DNA of 63,981 nucleotides, the filler included, from Caldilineae bacterium (GTDB lineage: Bacteria > Chloroflexota > Anaerolineae > DTLA01): assembly GCA_037446815.1 (NCBI GenBank). It is 5 parts of 5 records of this genome, joined end to end, with 100 filler letters (N's around TTAATTAATTAA, not from the genome) between each part and the next. Parts side by side here need not be neighbours in the genome. Positions count along the whole stretch, not along the records: positions 39,771 to 52,655 come from JBBIHX010000073.1; positions 52,756 to 63,981 come from JBBIHX010000091.1; 3 more parts are not named here. The stretch is one strand, 5' to 3'. The notes under the pieces are model-generated. The model was not told the origin of the DNA, ran no database searches, and worked only from the letters and a program-made list of their open reading frames with translations. Position numbers and translations under genes: made by a program. Shown piece by piece: positions 50,007 through 59,776 of this stretch. Position 1 is the stretch's first letter, and each line of letters begins with the position of its first letter.

Positions 50007-52406
50007 ATGGCTCACAGGGACAGACCGCGTTGGACATCCATGCTCGCGCTGATTGGCGTCCTCCTCGCCCTTGCGGCGTGCGCTGCGCTGCGCCGCGAGG
50101 CCGAGCGCACCGCTACGCCTGCCCCCACGCCCGCGCCCAGCGCCACGCCTGCGCCCACGGCCACGCCCTCGCCCCAAGAGATGCTGAGCGCGGCGCGATA
50201 CGCCTACGCCATCGGCGACTGGGAGCAGGCCGCATCCCTGGCGCAGCGCGTGCTCGGCGAATCGCCTGCCCTCGCCGCGGACGCCCGCCTCGTCCTGGCG
50301 CGCAGCCTACTGGCGCTGGGCAAGCCCGCGGATGCAGCAGAGGCGCTCCAGGGGGCCGACTTCGCCGATGCGCACGCGCAGACCCTGGCCCTCTCGGTGC
50401 TGGCCGCGGCCTATCGCGACGCGGGCGATTGGGCGCGCGCCGTGGAGTACCAGACCCAACTCATCACGGCGACCGAGGTGCTGTCGGCGTGGTTTCATGA
50501 ACTCAACGGCGACGCCTACCTGCAGTTGGGAGACACAGACCAGGCGCTCGCGGCCTATGGGCAGGCAGCGGCGGCGGACGAGGCAGCCCGGAATCGGCTG
50601 CTGGAGAAGATCGCGCAGGTTCAGAAAGACGCGGGCCGCGTCGCCGATGCGGTGCAGACCTACGACACGCTGCTTGCGGCGCTTTCGGCCCCGGACCTCG
50701 TGGCGAAGGTGCACTATCTCAAGGGGCTGGCCCTGCGAGATAGCGACGAGGGCGCGGCGCTGGCCGAATTCCGGGCGGCGACCGAGGCATCCACAACTGC
50801 GCGCGAATCCTACCTGGCGCTGGTGGAGTTGATCCAGGCAGGCGAGACGATAGACGAATTTCGCCGCGGCCTGATAGATTACCAGAACGGAGCCTACCAG
50901 GCCGCCGCAGCAGCCTTTGAGCGGGCCCTGGCGTCCGCGGAAAAGCGCGAGCGGCCCGATGCCGCGTACTACCTGGGGCTGGCGCGCCTGGCGCTGGGCG
51001 ACTACGAGGGCGCGCTGGAAGCCTTGGACACGGCGCAGGCGCAGGGCGAGGATTCTGCATTCCGCGCGAAGGCGCTCATGGCAAAGGCGCGGACGCTGGC
51101 CCAGGCCGGCAAATTCCCCGAGGCCCGCGATGCCTACCGCCAGGCCCAGGCCGCCTGCCCCACTTGCCCCACCGCGCCCCAGGCCCTGTGGCGAAGCGCC
51201 GAGACCGCGGCGGCCCAGGGCGACCGCGCCACCGCCGCGTCCGACTACCTGTGGCTCCAGCGCCTATATCCTGGCGACGACGGCGCGGACAACGCCATGT
51301 TCCAGGCCGCCCTGCTCTACTATCAGGACAAGCGTTTCGCGGAGGCCCGCCAAGTCTGCGAAGACCTGCTCGCCCGCTACCCCGCGTCCGATGTGGCGTC
51401 CGCCGCGTCATTCTGGGCGGCGAAGGCGGCGCTCCGGGCGGGCGCGGCGGATATGGCCGAGCCGCACTTGCGCACCCTCGCGGAGGGTCTCTCCGCCGAC
51501 TACTATGCCCTGCGCGCGGCGAGCATCCTCCAGGCCCCGGACAGCATCCTCCCCCCGCCCGGCAACATCCTCCTTCAAGCCGACGATGAGGCCGAGCGCG
51601 CCGCGTGCACCGCGTGGCTGGTCGGCTGGGCGAACCAGGGTGAGCCATATCCCTTTGACCGCCTCCCCGACGACCTCGCCCGCGACCTGGATTTTCGCAA
51701 GGGCGAAGCCTTCGCGGCCATCGGCCTGAACGAGAAGGCGGCGGAGCACTTCGGGGCGGTGCGGGCGAAGTGGAAGGACGCTCCCCTGGCGCTGTTCCAG
51801 TTGGCCGAATACCTGCGCGACATCGGCCTCTACCGCCAGTCCATCGCCTGCGCCGAGCGCGTGATGGCGCTGGCGCCTTCGGGCGCGACAACCCGCATTC
51901 CGCGCTACCTCCGGCGCCTGGCCTACCCCGCGTACTACGCCGACCTGATCCTGGAGCACGCAAGCCGCAATGGCCTGGACCCGCTGCTGGTCTTCGCGCT
52001 GGTGCGCCAGGAAAGCCGATTTGACCCGCTGGCCGGATCATGGGCAGGGGCGCTGGGGCTGATGCAGATCATCCCGCCCACGGGCGAGTGGGTCGCGCTC
52101 CAGGTGGGCGAGCGTGGCTTCCGCCGAGAAGACCTCCTGCGCCCCGCGCTCAACGTCCGCTTCGGCGCGTGGTACCTGGGCCGGCAGATGCGCGATTTCG
52201 GCGGCGACCCATTGGCTGCGCTGGCGGCCTACAACGGCGGGCCGGGGTACGTGCGGCTCTGGCTGTCGCGGATGACGGAGTACGACCCGGACCTGTTCGT
52301 GGAGACCATCCCCGCGGCCGAGACGCGGACCTACGTGAAATCCGTCGTGGCGCAGTTCGCCGCCTACCGCGCCATCTACCAGCCGGGCCAGGGCCAGACC
52401 CCGTAA
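50007..52406 (+). CDS. TPR lytic transglycosylase (duplicate copy)
   Basis: same translation as 36976-39375. Confidence 0.9.
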   Translation: MAHRDRPRWTSMLALIGVLLALAACAALRREAERTATPAPTPAPSATPAPTATPSPQEMLSAARYAYAIGDWEQAASLAQRVLGESPALAADARLVLARSLLALGKPADAAEALQGADFADAHAQTLALSVLAAAYRDAGDWARAVEYQTQLITATEVLSAWFHELNGDAYLQLGDTDQALAAYGQAAAADEAARNRLLEKIAQVQKDAGRVADAVQTYDTLLAALSAPDLVAKVHYLKGLALRDSDEGAALAEFRAATEASTTARESYLALVELIQAGETIDEFRRGLIDYQNGAYQAAAAAFERALASAEKRERPDAAYYLGLARLALGDYEGALEALDTAQAQGEDSAFRAKALMAKARTLAQAGKFPEARDAYRQAQAACPTCPTAPQALWRSAETAAAQGDRATAASDYLWLQRLYPGDDGADNAMFQAALLYYQDKRFAEARQVCEDLLARYPASDVASAASFWAAKAALRAGAADMAEPHLRTLAEGLSADYYALRAASILQAPDSILPPPGNILLQADDEAERAACTAWLVGWANQGEPYPFDRLPDDLARDLDFRKGEAFAAIGLNEKAAEHFGAVRAKWKDAPLALFQLAEYLRDIGLYRQSIACAERVMALAPSGATTRIPRYLRRLAYPAYYADLILEHASRNGLDPLLVFALVRQESRFDPLAGSWAGALGLMQIIPPTGEWVALQVGERGFRREDLLRPALNVRFGAWYLGRQMRDFGGDPLAALAAYNGGPGYVRLWLSRMTEYDPDLFVETIPAAETRTYVKSVVAQFAAYRAIYQPGQGQTP

Positions 52407-52655
52407 GCGGCGCTCGGCGCCCGAAGGCCGCATCCTCGGATGGCGCGGGTTGCGCAGACAGGTCGTCTCCCTAGCGTGTAGATCGCAAGGGAATGGCTGG
52501 AGTTCACCGCAGAGTTCACTGTAGAGATGTTCAGGGTTTCCTCTGCGCTCTCTCTGCGCCTCCGCGGTGCAAAATCAACCGTGAGCGCGAGTCGGTTCCG
52601 AAGTCTGTTGGCATCTACCGTCATTCTGAGCGGCGAAGCCGCGAAGAATCTCGCT

Positions 52656-52755
52656 NNNNNNNNNNNNNNNNNNNNNNNNNNNNNNNNNNNNNNNNNNNNT
52701 TAATTAATTAANNNNNNNNNNNNNNNNNNNNNNNNNNNNNNNNNNNNNNNNNNNN
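52656..52755. other. artificial contig linker
   Basis: N-run with TTAATTAATTAA. Confidence 0.97.
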
Positions 52756-53758
52756 GCGGACGCCGGCGCGCGTGCGCCTGCTCGGCGCGGGGCTGGCGGG
52801 AGCGGGCGCGGGGCTGGCGCTGGCGTCCCCGTTCATCGTGGGCTGGTTCACGGAGCGAAAGACCTTCTTCCCGCCCTCTGTGTACGCGGCGTTTCCCCGC
52901 CTGGTGAGCGATACGGTGCATCCCAACGTGATGGCGGGCGCGCTTCTGGGCGCGGTGTTCATCGCGGTGGCGTGGTCGTTCAAGCCCCCGAAGGCGGGGC
53001 GAGGCGGGGCGTTCTGGGGACGACTCATCGGGGCGCGGGGCATCTGGATCGGCGGCGCCCTGCTGATGCTCCTGGTGTTGTTCCTCACCAAGTCGCGCGG
53101 GGCGTATGGGGCGTTCGTGCTCGGCTGCCTCGTCCTCGCGTTTCTGATGGCGCGGCGGCGGGCGGCGATGGCGGCGCTCTTGGGCGCGGCGCTGGTCGTC
53201 CTCGTGCTCGTGTGGGCGAGGCAGGGCGCGCCGCTGGATGCGCTGGGCGACTCCGAGATTCTGGACACGTCCAGTTTCGCCTTCCGACAGCGGATGTGGC
53301 ACTACGCGCTGCTGTTGGTGGGCGATTTCCCGCTCACGGGGGTGGGGATGGGCGGGTTCAACACGGCGCTGGCTGACCTGTACGGGTATGCGGCGTTCGG
53401 GCAGCCGGGGGCGCATAGTCTGTACTTGCAGGCGGCGCTGGATTTGGGATTGCCGGGCTTGGCGGCGTTCCTTGCGTTGGCTGCTGCGGCCCTGGCGCGG
53501 GCGGGAGCCGGCCTGCGACGAATGCGGGCGAGGGGCGATGCCCTGTGGCCGCTGGCGGCGGGCGGGATCGCGGGCTTGGGGGCGATGCTGGGCCAGGGGA
53601 CGGTGGACCTGGCGGTGTGGGGCACGAAGGGGGCGTTCATGCTGTGGGCGCTGTTGGCGTTGCTGTACGGCCTGGGCAGCGCGGCGCAGTGGGGCGGCGG
53701 GAGTAACCGCGAAGCCACGGGAGGCCGAGATTCTTCGGCGCTTCGCGCCACAGAATGA
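52756..53758 (+). CDS. O-antigen ligase/Wzy_C family membrane protein (5'-partial)
   Basis: HPNVMAG, LTKSRGAY, R..MW...PLTGVGMGGF, AHSLYLQ..LDLGLPG. Confidence 0.85.
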
Positions 53759-53873
53759 CGGTTTTGTAACCGCGAATCCACGCGGATGGGGCTGGTAGGC
53801 CACGTGCGACGCACCTCCGAGGTGCGTCGCACGTGGTTCCCCGGTCTCGCGCTATCCACGCGACGGGGGAAGA

Positions 53874-54024
53874 GATTCGGTTGCATCTTGTGTCGGTCTG
53901 CCCCGCACGCCGCCTCCCAACTCTGTCATGCTGAGCCGAAGGCGAAGCATCTCGGTCAGCGAGATTCTTCGCGGCTTCGCCGCTCAGAATGACGGTAGAT
54001 GCCAACAGACTTCGGAGCCGACCT
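53874..54024 (+). mobile_element. MITE-like element (~150 bp)
   Basis: imperfect 24-bp terminal inverted repeats, internal REP hairpin, flanked by GGGGAAGA/GGGGAAGG. Confidence 0.6.
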
Positions 54025-54089
54025 GGGGAAGGTTCGGTTTCGCCACGGCTTGCCTGTGTGTGGTAGAATACGGGGCAAGGGAGGCGAAG

Positions 54090-56408
54090 GTGGACGAGAG
54101 CGAACGCTACATGCCCAAGGTGCTGCAACTGTATCTGGAGATTAGCCAGTACCCGATCCTGGCGTCGCGCATTCGCGAGCGGATGCGGCAGGAGTTGTTC
54201 TCGCGCGGGGTCATCAGCCAAGAGCGGTTTGAGGCCGAGGCGCGCGAGAAAGCCATCCTGTCCCAGCAGCGCGAGGGGCTTTCAGACCCGCTGGTGCAGG
54301 AGTCGGCGGAGATGTGGAATGAGCGGCTGCGGCAGATTCGCGACACGCTCACCGACTTCTACTTCGCGTACAACCTGCCGCACGATCTGTTCCGCCGCAT
54401 CGTGAGCGAGGTGCTGGGGCCGCAGCGCCTGGCAGAGGATGACATCCTCACGTTCAACCCCGAACTGGCGCCGTGGGATATCCTGTTCGCCAAAGGCGAG
54501 GAGTACGAGGCCCTTCCCCCCGAGCGCCGGGCGCGCATCCAACACCACTTGCAGGAGATCATCGTCGTGCTGTTGAAGGCGATGATCAGCGATCACCTGC
54601 AGTTTGTGGGCCTCGCGCGCAGTGTGTTCACCATCCGCGACCTGAAGGAGATTCGCACGCGGCGCATCGGCCGGGGCAAGATCGGGGGCAAGGCCGCGGG
54701 TATGCTCTTGGCGTGGAAGATTCTCCAGACCGACGACTCGGAGGTGGCGCGGCGGTTGCGCCCGTTGGTGAGCATCCCCGATTCGTACTACGTGGGCGCC
54801 GATGTGTACTACGACTTCCACGCGTACAACCACCTGCTGGAATACGTGAACCAGAAGTATCGGCCGCAGGAGGAAATTGAGCAGGCGTATCCCCGCATCT
54901 ACGACATCTATCGCCAGGGGCGTTTCCCGCCCGAAATCACCCGCGCATTCCGCGATTTGCTGGAGGAAATCGGGCCGGTGCCCATCATCGTGCGGTCGTC
55001 CAGCCTGCTGGAGGATAGTTTCGGCACGTCCTTCGCCGGCAAGTACGAGAGCCACTTCTGCCCGAATCAGGGCACGCTGGACGAGAACCTGTCGGCGCTG
55101 TGCGATGCCATTGCGCGCATCTACGCCAGCGTGGTGAATCCGGCGGCGCTGCTGTATCGCAAGAAGATGGGGCTGGTGGACTACGATGAGCGCATGGCGA
55201 TCCTCATCCAGAAGGTGCAGGGGCAGCGGTACGGGCGATGGTTCTTCCCGGCGGTGGCGGGGGTTGCCTTCAGCCGCAACCCATTTCGGTGGAACCCACG
55301 CATTCGCAGGGAGGCCGGCCTGGTGCGCATGGTGTGCGGGCTGGGGACGCGCGCCGTGGATCGCGTGCCCAACGATTACCCGCGGATGGTGGCGCTGAGC
55401 CATCCCACGCTTCGGCCCGAAGTCAGCGTTGCCGACGTGCGGCGCTACTCTCAGCATTACATAGATGTGCTGGACATGGCGGACAACGCATTCCGCTCAC
55501 TTCCCATCGCAGAGGTAGTCGGGGAGGACTACGAGGCGCTTCCGTACCTGGTATCGTGGGACTATGGTGATTACTTCTCGCCCATGCGGCCCTTTGAGAG
55601 GGATTCCAGGGTCGGCATGGTGTTCACGTTTGACCGTCTGCTGACGGAGACGACATTCGCCGCCGATATGCGGGATCTTCTGGGATTGTTGGAGCGCCAC
55701 TACGGCCGTCCGGTGGACATGGAGTTCACGCTGGACATACCGGCGGGCAGCACCCGTCCGCAGCCGCACATCCGCCTGCTCCAGTGCCGCCCCCAGGCGA
55801 GCATGGCGGAGGCGGAGGGGGTCTCGGTGCCGGACATCCCCGAGGAGCGGGCGCTGTTCATCACGCGCCGGCTGGTACCCCACGGGCGCGTGAGCGGCAT
55901 CCGGTACGTTATCTATGTCAGCCCAGATGCCTATGCCGCACTGCCGACTGCTTCGCAGAAGGCCGAGGTGGCGCGGGTGGTGGGTCGCCTGAATCAGAAA
56001 CTGGCGGGCGAAACCTTCATTCTCATGGGGCCTGGGCGCTGGGGCAGTTCCAGCATAGACCTGGGGGTCAAGGTTACCTACGCGGACATTTACAACGCGC
56101 GTATGCTGGTGGAACTGGGGGTGTCGGGCACGGAGACCAGCCCAGAGGTCTCCTACGGGACGCACTTCTTCCAAGACCTGGTGGAGGCGCAGATCTATCC
56201 CCTCGCGATTTTCCCCGATGCGCCGGGCGCGCTGTTCAAGACGCAGTTCTTTGAGGAGAGTCCGAACGCGCTGGCGTCGCTGTTGCCGGAGGACGCCCGC
56301 TGGGCGGAGGTGGTGCGCGTGCTGGATGTGCCTGCGCTCACGGGCGGCAAGCGGCTGGAGGTCGTGATGGACAGCGACGAGGAGATCGCCGTGGGGTATG
56401 TGAGGTAG
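54090..56408 (+). CDS. PEP/pyruvate-binding (PPDK_N, ATP-grasp) domain protein
   Basis: IGGKAAG, VRSSSLLED..FAGKY, MAILIQ, GLGTRAV, D.EF, LQCRP, PGRWGS, SYGTHFF. Confidence 0.85.
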   Translation: MDESERYMPKVLQLYLEISQYPILASRIRERMRQELFSRGVISQERFEAEAREKAILSQQREGLSDPLVQESAEMWNERLRQIRDTLTDFYFAYNLPHDLFRRIVSEVLGPQRLAEDDILTFNPELAPWDILFAKGEEYEALPPERRARIQHHLQEIIVVLLKAMISDHLQFVGLARSVFTIRDLKEIRTRRIGRGKIGGKAAGMLLAWKILQTDDSEVARRLRPLVSIPDSYYVGADVYYDFHAYNHLLEYVNQKYRPQEEIEQAYPRIYDIYRQGRFPPEITRAFRDLLEEIGPVPIIVRSSSLLEDSFGTSFAGKYESHFCPNQGTLDENLSALCDAIARIYASVVNPAALLYRKKMGLVDYDERMAILIQKVQGQRYGRWFFPAVAGVAFSRNPFRWNPRIRREAGLVRMVCGLGTRAVDRVPNDYPRMVALSHPTLRPEVSVADVRRYSQHYIDVLDMADNAFRSLPIAEVVGEDYEALPYLVSWDYGDYFSPMRPFERDSRVGMVFTFDRLLTETTFAADMRDLLGLLERHYGRPVDMEFTLDIPAGSTRPQPHIRLLQCRPQASMAEAEGVSVPDIPEERALFITRRLVPHGRVSGIRYVIYVSPDAYAALPTASQKAEVARVVGRLNQKLAGETFILMGPGRWGSSSIDLGVKVTYADIYNARMLVELGVSGTETSPEVSYGTHFFQDLVEAQIYPLAIFPDAPGALFKTQFFEESPNALASLLPEDARWAEVVRVLDVPALTGGKRLEVVMDSDEEIAVGYVR

Positions 56409-57416
56409 GTGGGTCAGATGCGTGTCATGGTGTTGCGAAAACCCGCGATGGCAGAGGACACGCCGCTGGAGTTGGCGAACCTGCCCGAGCCACAGCCAGG
56501 CCCAGGCCAGGTGCGAATCCGGATAGGCGCGTGCGGCGTGTGTCATACGGACTTGCACACGGTGGAAGGGGAACTGCGCCTGCCGAAGTTGCCGCTGATA
56601 CCCGGGCACCAGGTCGTGGGTGTCGTGGATGAAGTGGGCGAGGGCGTGCAGACGGTGGGTCGGGGCCAGCGGGTCGGCGTGGGCTGGCTGGGCTGGACGT
56701 GCGGCGTGTGCGAATTCTGCCGCAGCGGGCGCGAGAACCTGTGCGAGCGCGCCGAGTTCACGGGCCTGCACCGCGACGGGGGATACGCTGAGTACATGGT
56801 GGCCGATGCGCGGTTCGTGTATCGCGTGCCCGACGGGTTCTCGGATATTGAGGCGGCGCCGCTGCTGTGCGCGGGTATCATCGGCTATCGGGCGCTTCGG
56901 CTGAGCGGCGTGCAGCCTGGGCAGAACCTGGGCCTGTACGGGTTCGGAGCGTCGGCGCACATCGTGCTCCAGATTGCCCGCTTCTGGGGGTGCCGCGCCT
57001 ATGTGTTCACGCGGGGCGAGGCGCACCGTGCGCTGGCGCGGGAACTGGGCGCGGTGTGGGCGGGCGGCGCGGAGGATGACCCAGGGGCGGCGATGCACGC
57101 CAGCATTATCTTCGCGCCGGCGGGGGAGTTGGTGCCGATGGCGTTGCGCGCGCTCGCGAAGGGCGGGACGCTGGCGCTGGCAGGCATCACGATGAGCGAT
57201 GTCCCGCAGATGCCCTACGATTTGCTGTACCACGAGCGGACGGTGCGGAGCGCGGCCAACAGCACGCGGGAGGATGCCCTGGGCCTGCTGGAGGTAGCGG
57301 CGCAGATTCCGGTGCGCAGCGAGGTGGAAATATACTCCCTGGAAGAGGCCAACCGCGTGTTGCAGCGGCTGAAGGCGCGGAAGGTGCAGGGCGCTGCTGT
57401 GCTCGCGGTGGATTAG
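56409..57416 (+). CDS. zinc-dependent alcohol dehydrogenase
   Basis: CHTDLH, PGHQVVG, CGVC.FC...ENLC, APLLCAG. Confidence 0.92.
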   Translation: MGQMRVMVLRKPAMAEDTPLELANLPEPQPGPGQVRIRIGACGVCHTDLHTVEGELRLPKLPLIPGHQVVGVVDEVGEGVQTVGRGQRVGVGWLGWTCGVCEFCRSGRENLCERAEFTGLHRDGGYAEYMVADARFVYRVPDGFSDIEAAPLLCAGIIGYRALRLSGVQPGQNLGLYGFGASAHIVLQIARFWGCRAYVFTRGEAHRALARELGAVWAGGAEDDPGAAMHASIIFAPAGELVPMALRALAKGGTLALAGITMSDVPQMPYDLLYHERTVRSAANSTREDALGLLEVAAQIPVRSEVEIYSLEEANRVLQRLKARKVQGAAVLAVD

Positions 57417-57524
57417 CGCGGCAATCTTTGTCCCGGGCTCCACACGCTGGCCCTTCGGATTTGACAGAAATGAGAACGTGTGCAAGAATCGCTGTGAGTC
57501 TTGCAGCGAGAGGAGGTATTGGAG

Positions 57525-58361
57525 ATGGACACGGAGTATCTCGTTTCTCTGTTTGGCCTGCAGGGGAAGACGGCCTTCATCACGGGGGCGGGCGGCGTTC
57601 TGTTCAGCAACGTGGCGCAGGCGCTGGCGAAGGCCGGGGCAAACCTGGTCATCGCAGACCTGGTGGAGGAAGCGGCCCGGGGCGTGGCGGAGCGTGTCGT
57701 GGCGGCCGGGGGCGAGGCGCTGGCCGTGCAGGTGGATGTGCTGAACCGCGCGAGCGTGGAGAAGGCGCTGGAGGCAACCCTGGCGCGGTTCGGGCGCGTG
57801 GACATCCTCATCAACGGAGCCGGCGGCAACAAGCGCGAGGCTACGACGTCCAAGGACCTGCCCTTCTTTGACCTGCCCGAAGCGGCGGTCCGATGGGTGT
57901 TTGACCTGAACCTGATGGGGACGGTGATTCCATGCCAGGTCATCGGCCGGCAGATGGCGCGCCAAGAGTCGGGCGTGATCCTCAACGTTGCGTCCATGGC
58001 GGCGATCCGCCCGCTGACGAACGTGGTGGCCTACTCGGCGGCGAAGGCGGCGGTGGTCAATTTCACCCAGTGGCTGGCTACGCACATGTCGCAGAACTAC
58101 TGCACGCAGATTCGCGTGAACGCACTGGCGCCGGGTTTCTTCTTGACCAACCAGAACCGCTACCTGTTGGTGGACGAGCGAACTGGCGAATGGACGGAGC
58201 GGGGCAAGACCATCCTTGCCCATACGCCGATGGGGTGCATGGGCGATCCGGAGTTTGACCTCATCGGCGCGGTGCTGTGGCTGGTGTCGCCGGCGGCACG
58301 GTTCGTCCACGGCGCGGTGATTCCCGTGGACGGCGGATTTGCGGCGTGCAGCGGCGTTTGA
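57525..58361 (+). CDS. SDR oxidoreductase (UxuB/mannonate oxidoreductase-like)
   Basis: TGAGGVL, INGAGGN, YSAAKAA, APGFFLT.QNR.LL. Confidence 0.88.
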   Translation: MDTEYLVSLFGLQGKTAFITGAGGVLFSNVAQALAKAGANLVIADLVEEAARGVAERVVAAGGEALAVQVDVLNRASVEKALEATLARFGRVDILINGAGGNKREATTSKDLPFFDLPEAAVRWVFDLNLMGTVIPCQVIGRQMARQESGVILNVASMAAIRPLTNVVAYSAAKAAVVNFTQWLATHMSQNYCTQIRVNALAPGFFLTNQNRYLLVDERTGEWTERGKTILAHTPMGCMGDPEFDLIGAVLWLVSPAARFVHGAVIPVDGGFAACSGV

Positions 58362-58394
58362 TTGCGGCGAACTTCATTGCAGGAGGACAATCTC

Positions 58395-59291
58395 ATGGCA
58401 TCTGTACCCGAGGCAGCACGACCCCTTGTGGAACTCGCGCCCAAACACCCGTATTTCGTGGGGATAGACTCGGATGGGTGCGTCTTTGACACCATGGAAA
58501 TCAAGCACAAGGAGTGCTTCATCCCCAACATCATCCGCTACTGGCGGCTTCAGCCCGTGTCCAAGTACGCGCGCGAGGCGGCGGAGTTCGTGAACCTGTA
58601 TTCCAAGTGGCGTGGCATCAATCGCTGGCCGGCGCTGGTGATGGTGTTTGACCTGCTGCGCGAGCGGCCTGAAGTCCAGCGACGGCACGCCGCCATACCC
58701 GAAGCGCCCCAGGTTCGCCAGTTCATCGCGTCGGGCAGGCCGCTGAGCAACGACTCGCTCAAGCAGTTGATCGCCGAGACGCAAGACCCCGAACTCGTCC
58801 AGGCCCTGGAGTGGAGCGAGGCGGTGAACCGCACCATTGAGGAAATCGTTTTTGGCGTGCCGCCTTTTCCATACGTGCGCGAGAGCCTGGAGATGATGGC
58901 TCAGCACGCCGATATGGTGGTGGTATCGCAGACCCCGACCGAGGCGCTGGTGCGCGAGTGGCAGGAGCACGGGATAGACGGCTACGTGGAGGCCATCGCC
59001 GGGCAGGAGATGGGCACCAAGGCGGATCATCTGCGGTACGCGGCGGGCGGCAAGTATCCCGCGGGGCATGTGCTGATGATCGGCGATGCGCCTGGGGATT
59101 TGAAGGCGGCTCGCGCCAACAATGCGCTGTTCTTCCCTATCAATCCTGGGCGGGAGGATGAGTCTTGGGAGCGGTTCTACAAGGAGGGCTTCCAGAAGTT
59201 CATCCGGGGCGAGTTCGCGGGCGAGTACGAGGCGGGCCTGATTCGGGAGTTTGAGGCGCTGCTGCCCGAGACGCCGCCGTGGAAGCGGTGA
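58395..59291 (+). CDS. HAD family hydrolase
   Basis: DSDGCVFDTM motif I, VVS motif II, MIGDAPGD motif IV. Confidence 0.88.
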   Translation: MASVPEAARPLVELAPKHPYFVGIDSDGCVFDTMEIKHKECFIPNIIRYWRLQPVSKYAREAAEFVNLYSKWRGINRWPALVMVFDLLRERPEVQRRHAAIPEAPQVRQFIASGRPLSNDSLKQLIAETQDPELVQALEWSEAVNRTIEEIVFGVPPFPYVRESLEMMAQHADMVVVSQTPTEALVREWQEHGIDGYVEAIAGQEMGTKADHLRYAAGGKYPAGHVLMIGDAPGDLKAARANNALFFPINPGREDESWERFYKEGFQKFIRGEFAGEYEAGLIREFEALLPETPPWKR

Positions 59292-59319
59292 GCCTTCGCA
59301 TCGTCCATCCCTGGTGAGA

Positions 59320-59366
59320 ACGAAACGAGCACAGAGGATCGCCATGCGCCTCTGTGCTCGTTTTGT
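59320..59366. terminator. bidirectional terminator-like hairpin
   Basis: ACGAAACGAGCACAGAGG...CCTCTGTGCTCGTTTTGT between the convergent HAD gene and tRNA. Confidence 0.65.
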
Positions 59367-59396
59367 GCGACGGGTGCATTGTGCGCTGGATGTGTC

Positions 59397-59472
59397 TGGT
59401 ACCCCCGGAGCGACTCGAACGCTCGCACCCGGCTCCGGAGGCCGGTGCTCTATCCACCTGAGCTACGGGGGC
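59397..59472 (-). tRNA. tRNA-Arg(CCG)
   Basis: 76-nt cloverleaf, anticodon loop CU-CCG-GA, CCA end. Confidence 0.93.
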
Positions 59473-59528
59473 ACTGTGGCGAAAGTGTAGCACAGAAGGC
59501 CCGATTTGGCAAATGCCCCCTCGGCGGC

Positions 59529-59678
59529 GAGTCGGTTTCATCTTGTGTTGGTGAAACGCATGAACACTCTCCTCTTGTGTCGTTGCGAGCGAAGCGAAGC
59601 AACCTCATGGCCCAGAGATTGCTTCGGGCGCTCCGCGCCCTCGCAATGACAAATACCAACAGACTTTGGAACCGACTC
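59529..59678 (+). mobile_element. MITE-like element (150 bp)
   Basis: TIRs GAGTCGGTTTCATCTTGTGTTGGT / ACCAACAGACTTTGGAACCGACTC (19/24 match); flanking CTCGGCGGC/CTCGGCGTC direct repeat. Confidence 0.7.
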
Positions 59679-59776
59679 CTCGGCGTCTGCTGTCATTCCG
59701 AGCGGCGGGGCTTCACAGGCGGGCAGCCGTGCGGTATAATGCGCGACAGGAGCCGCAATCTGCGATGGAGGTGGCG

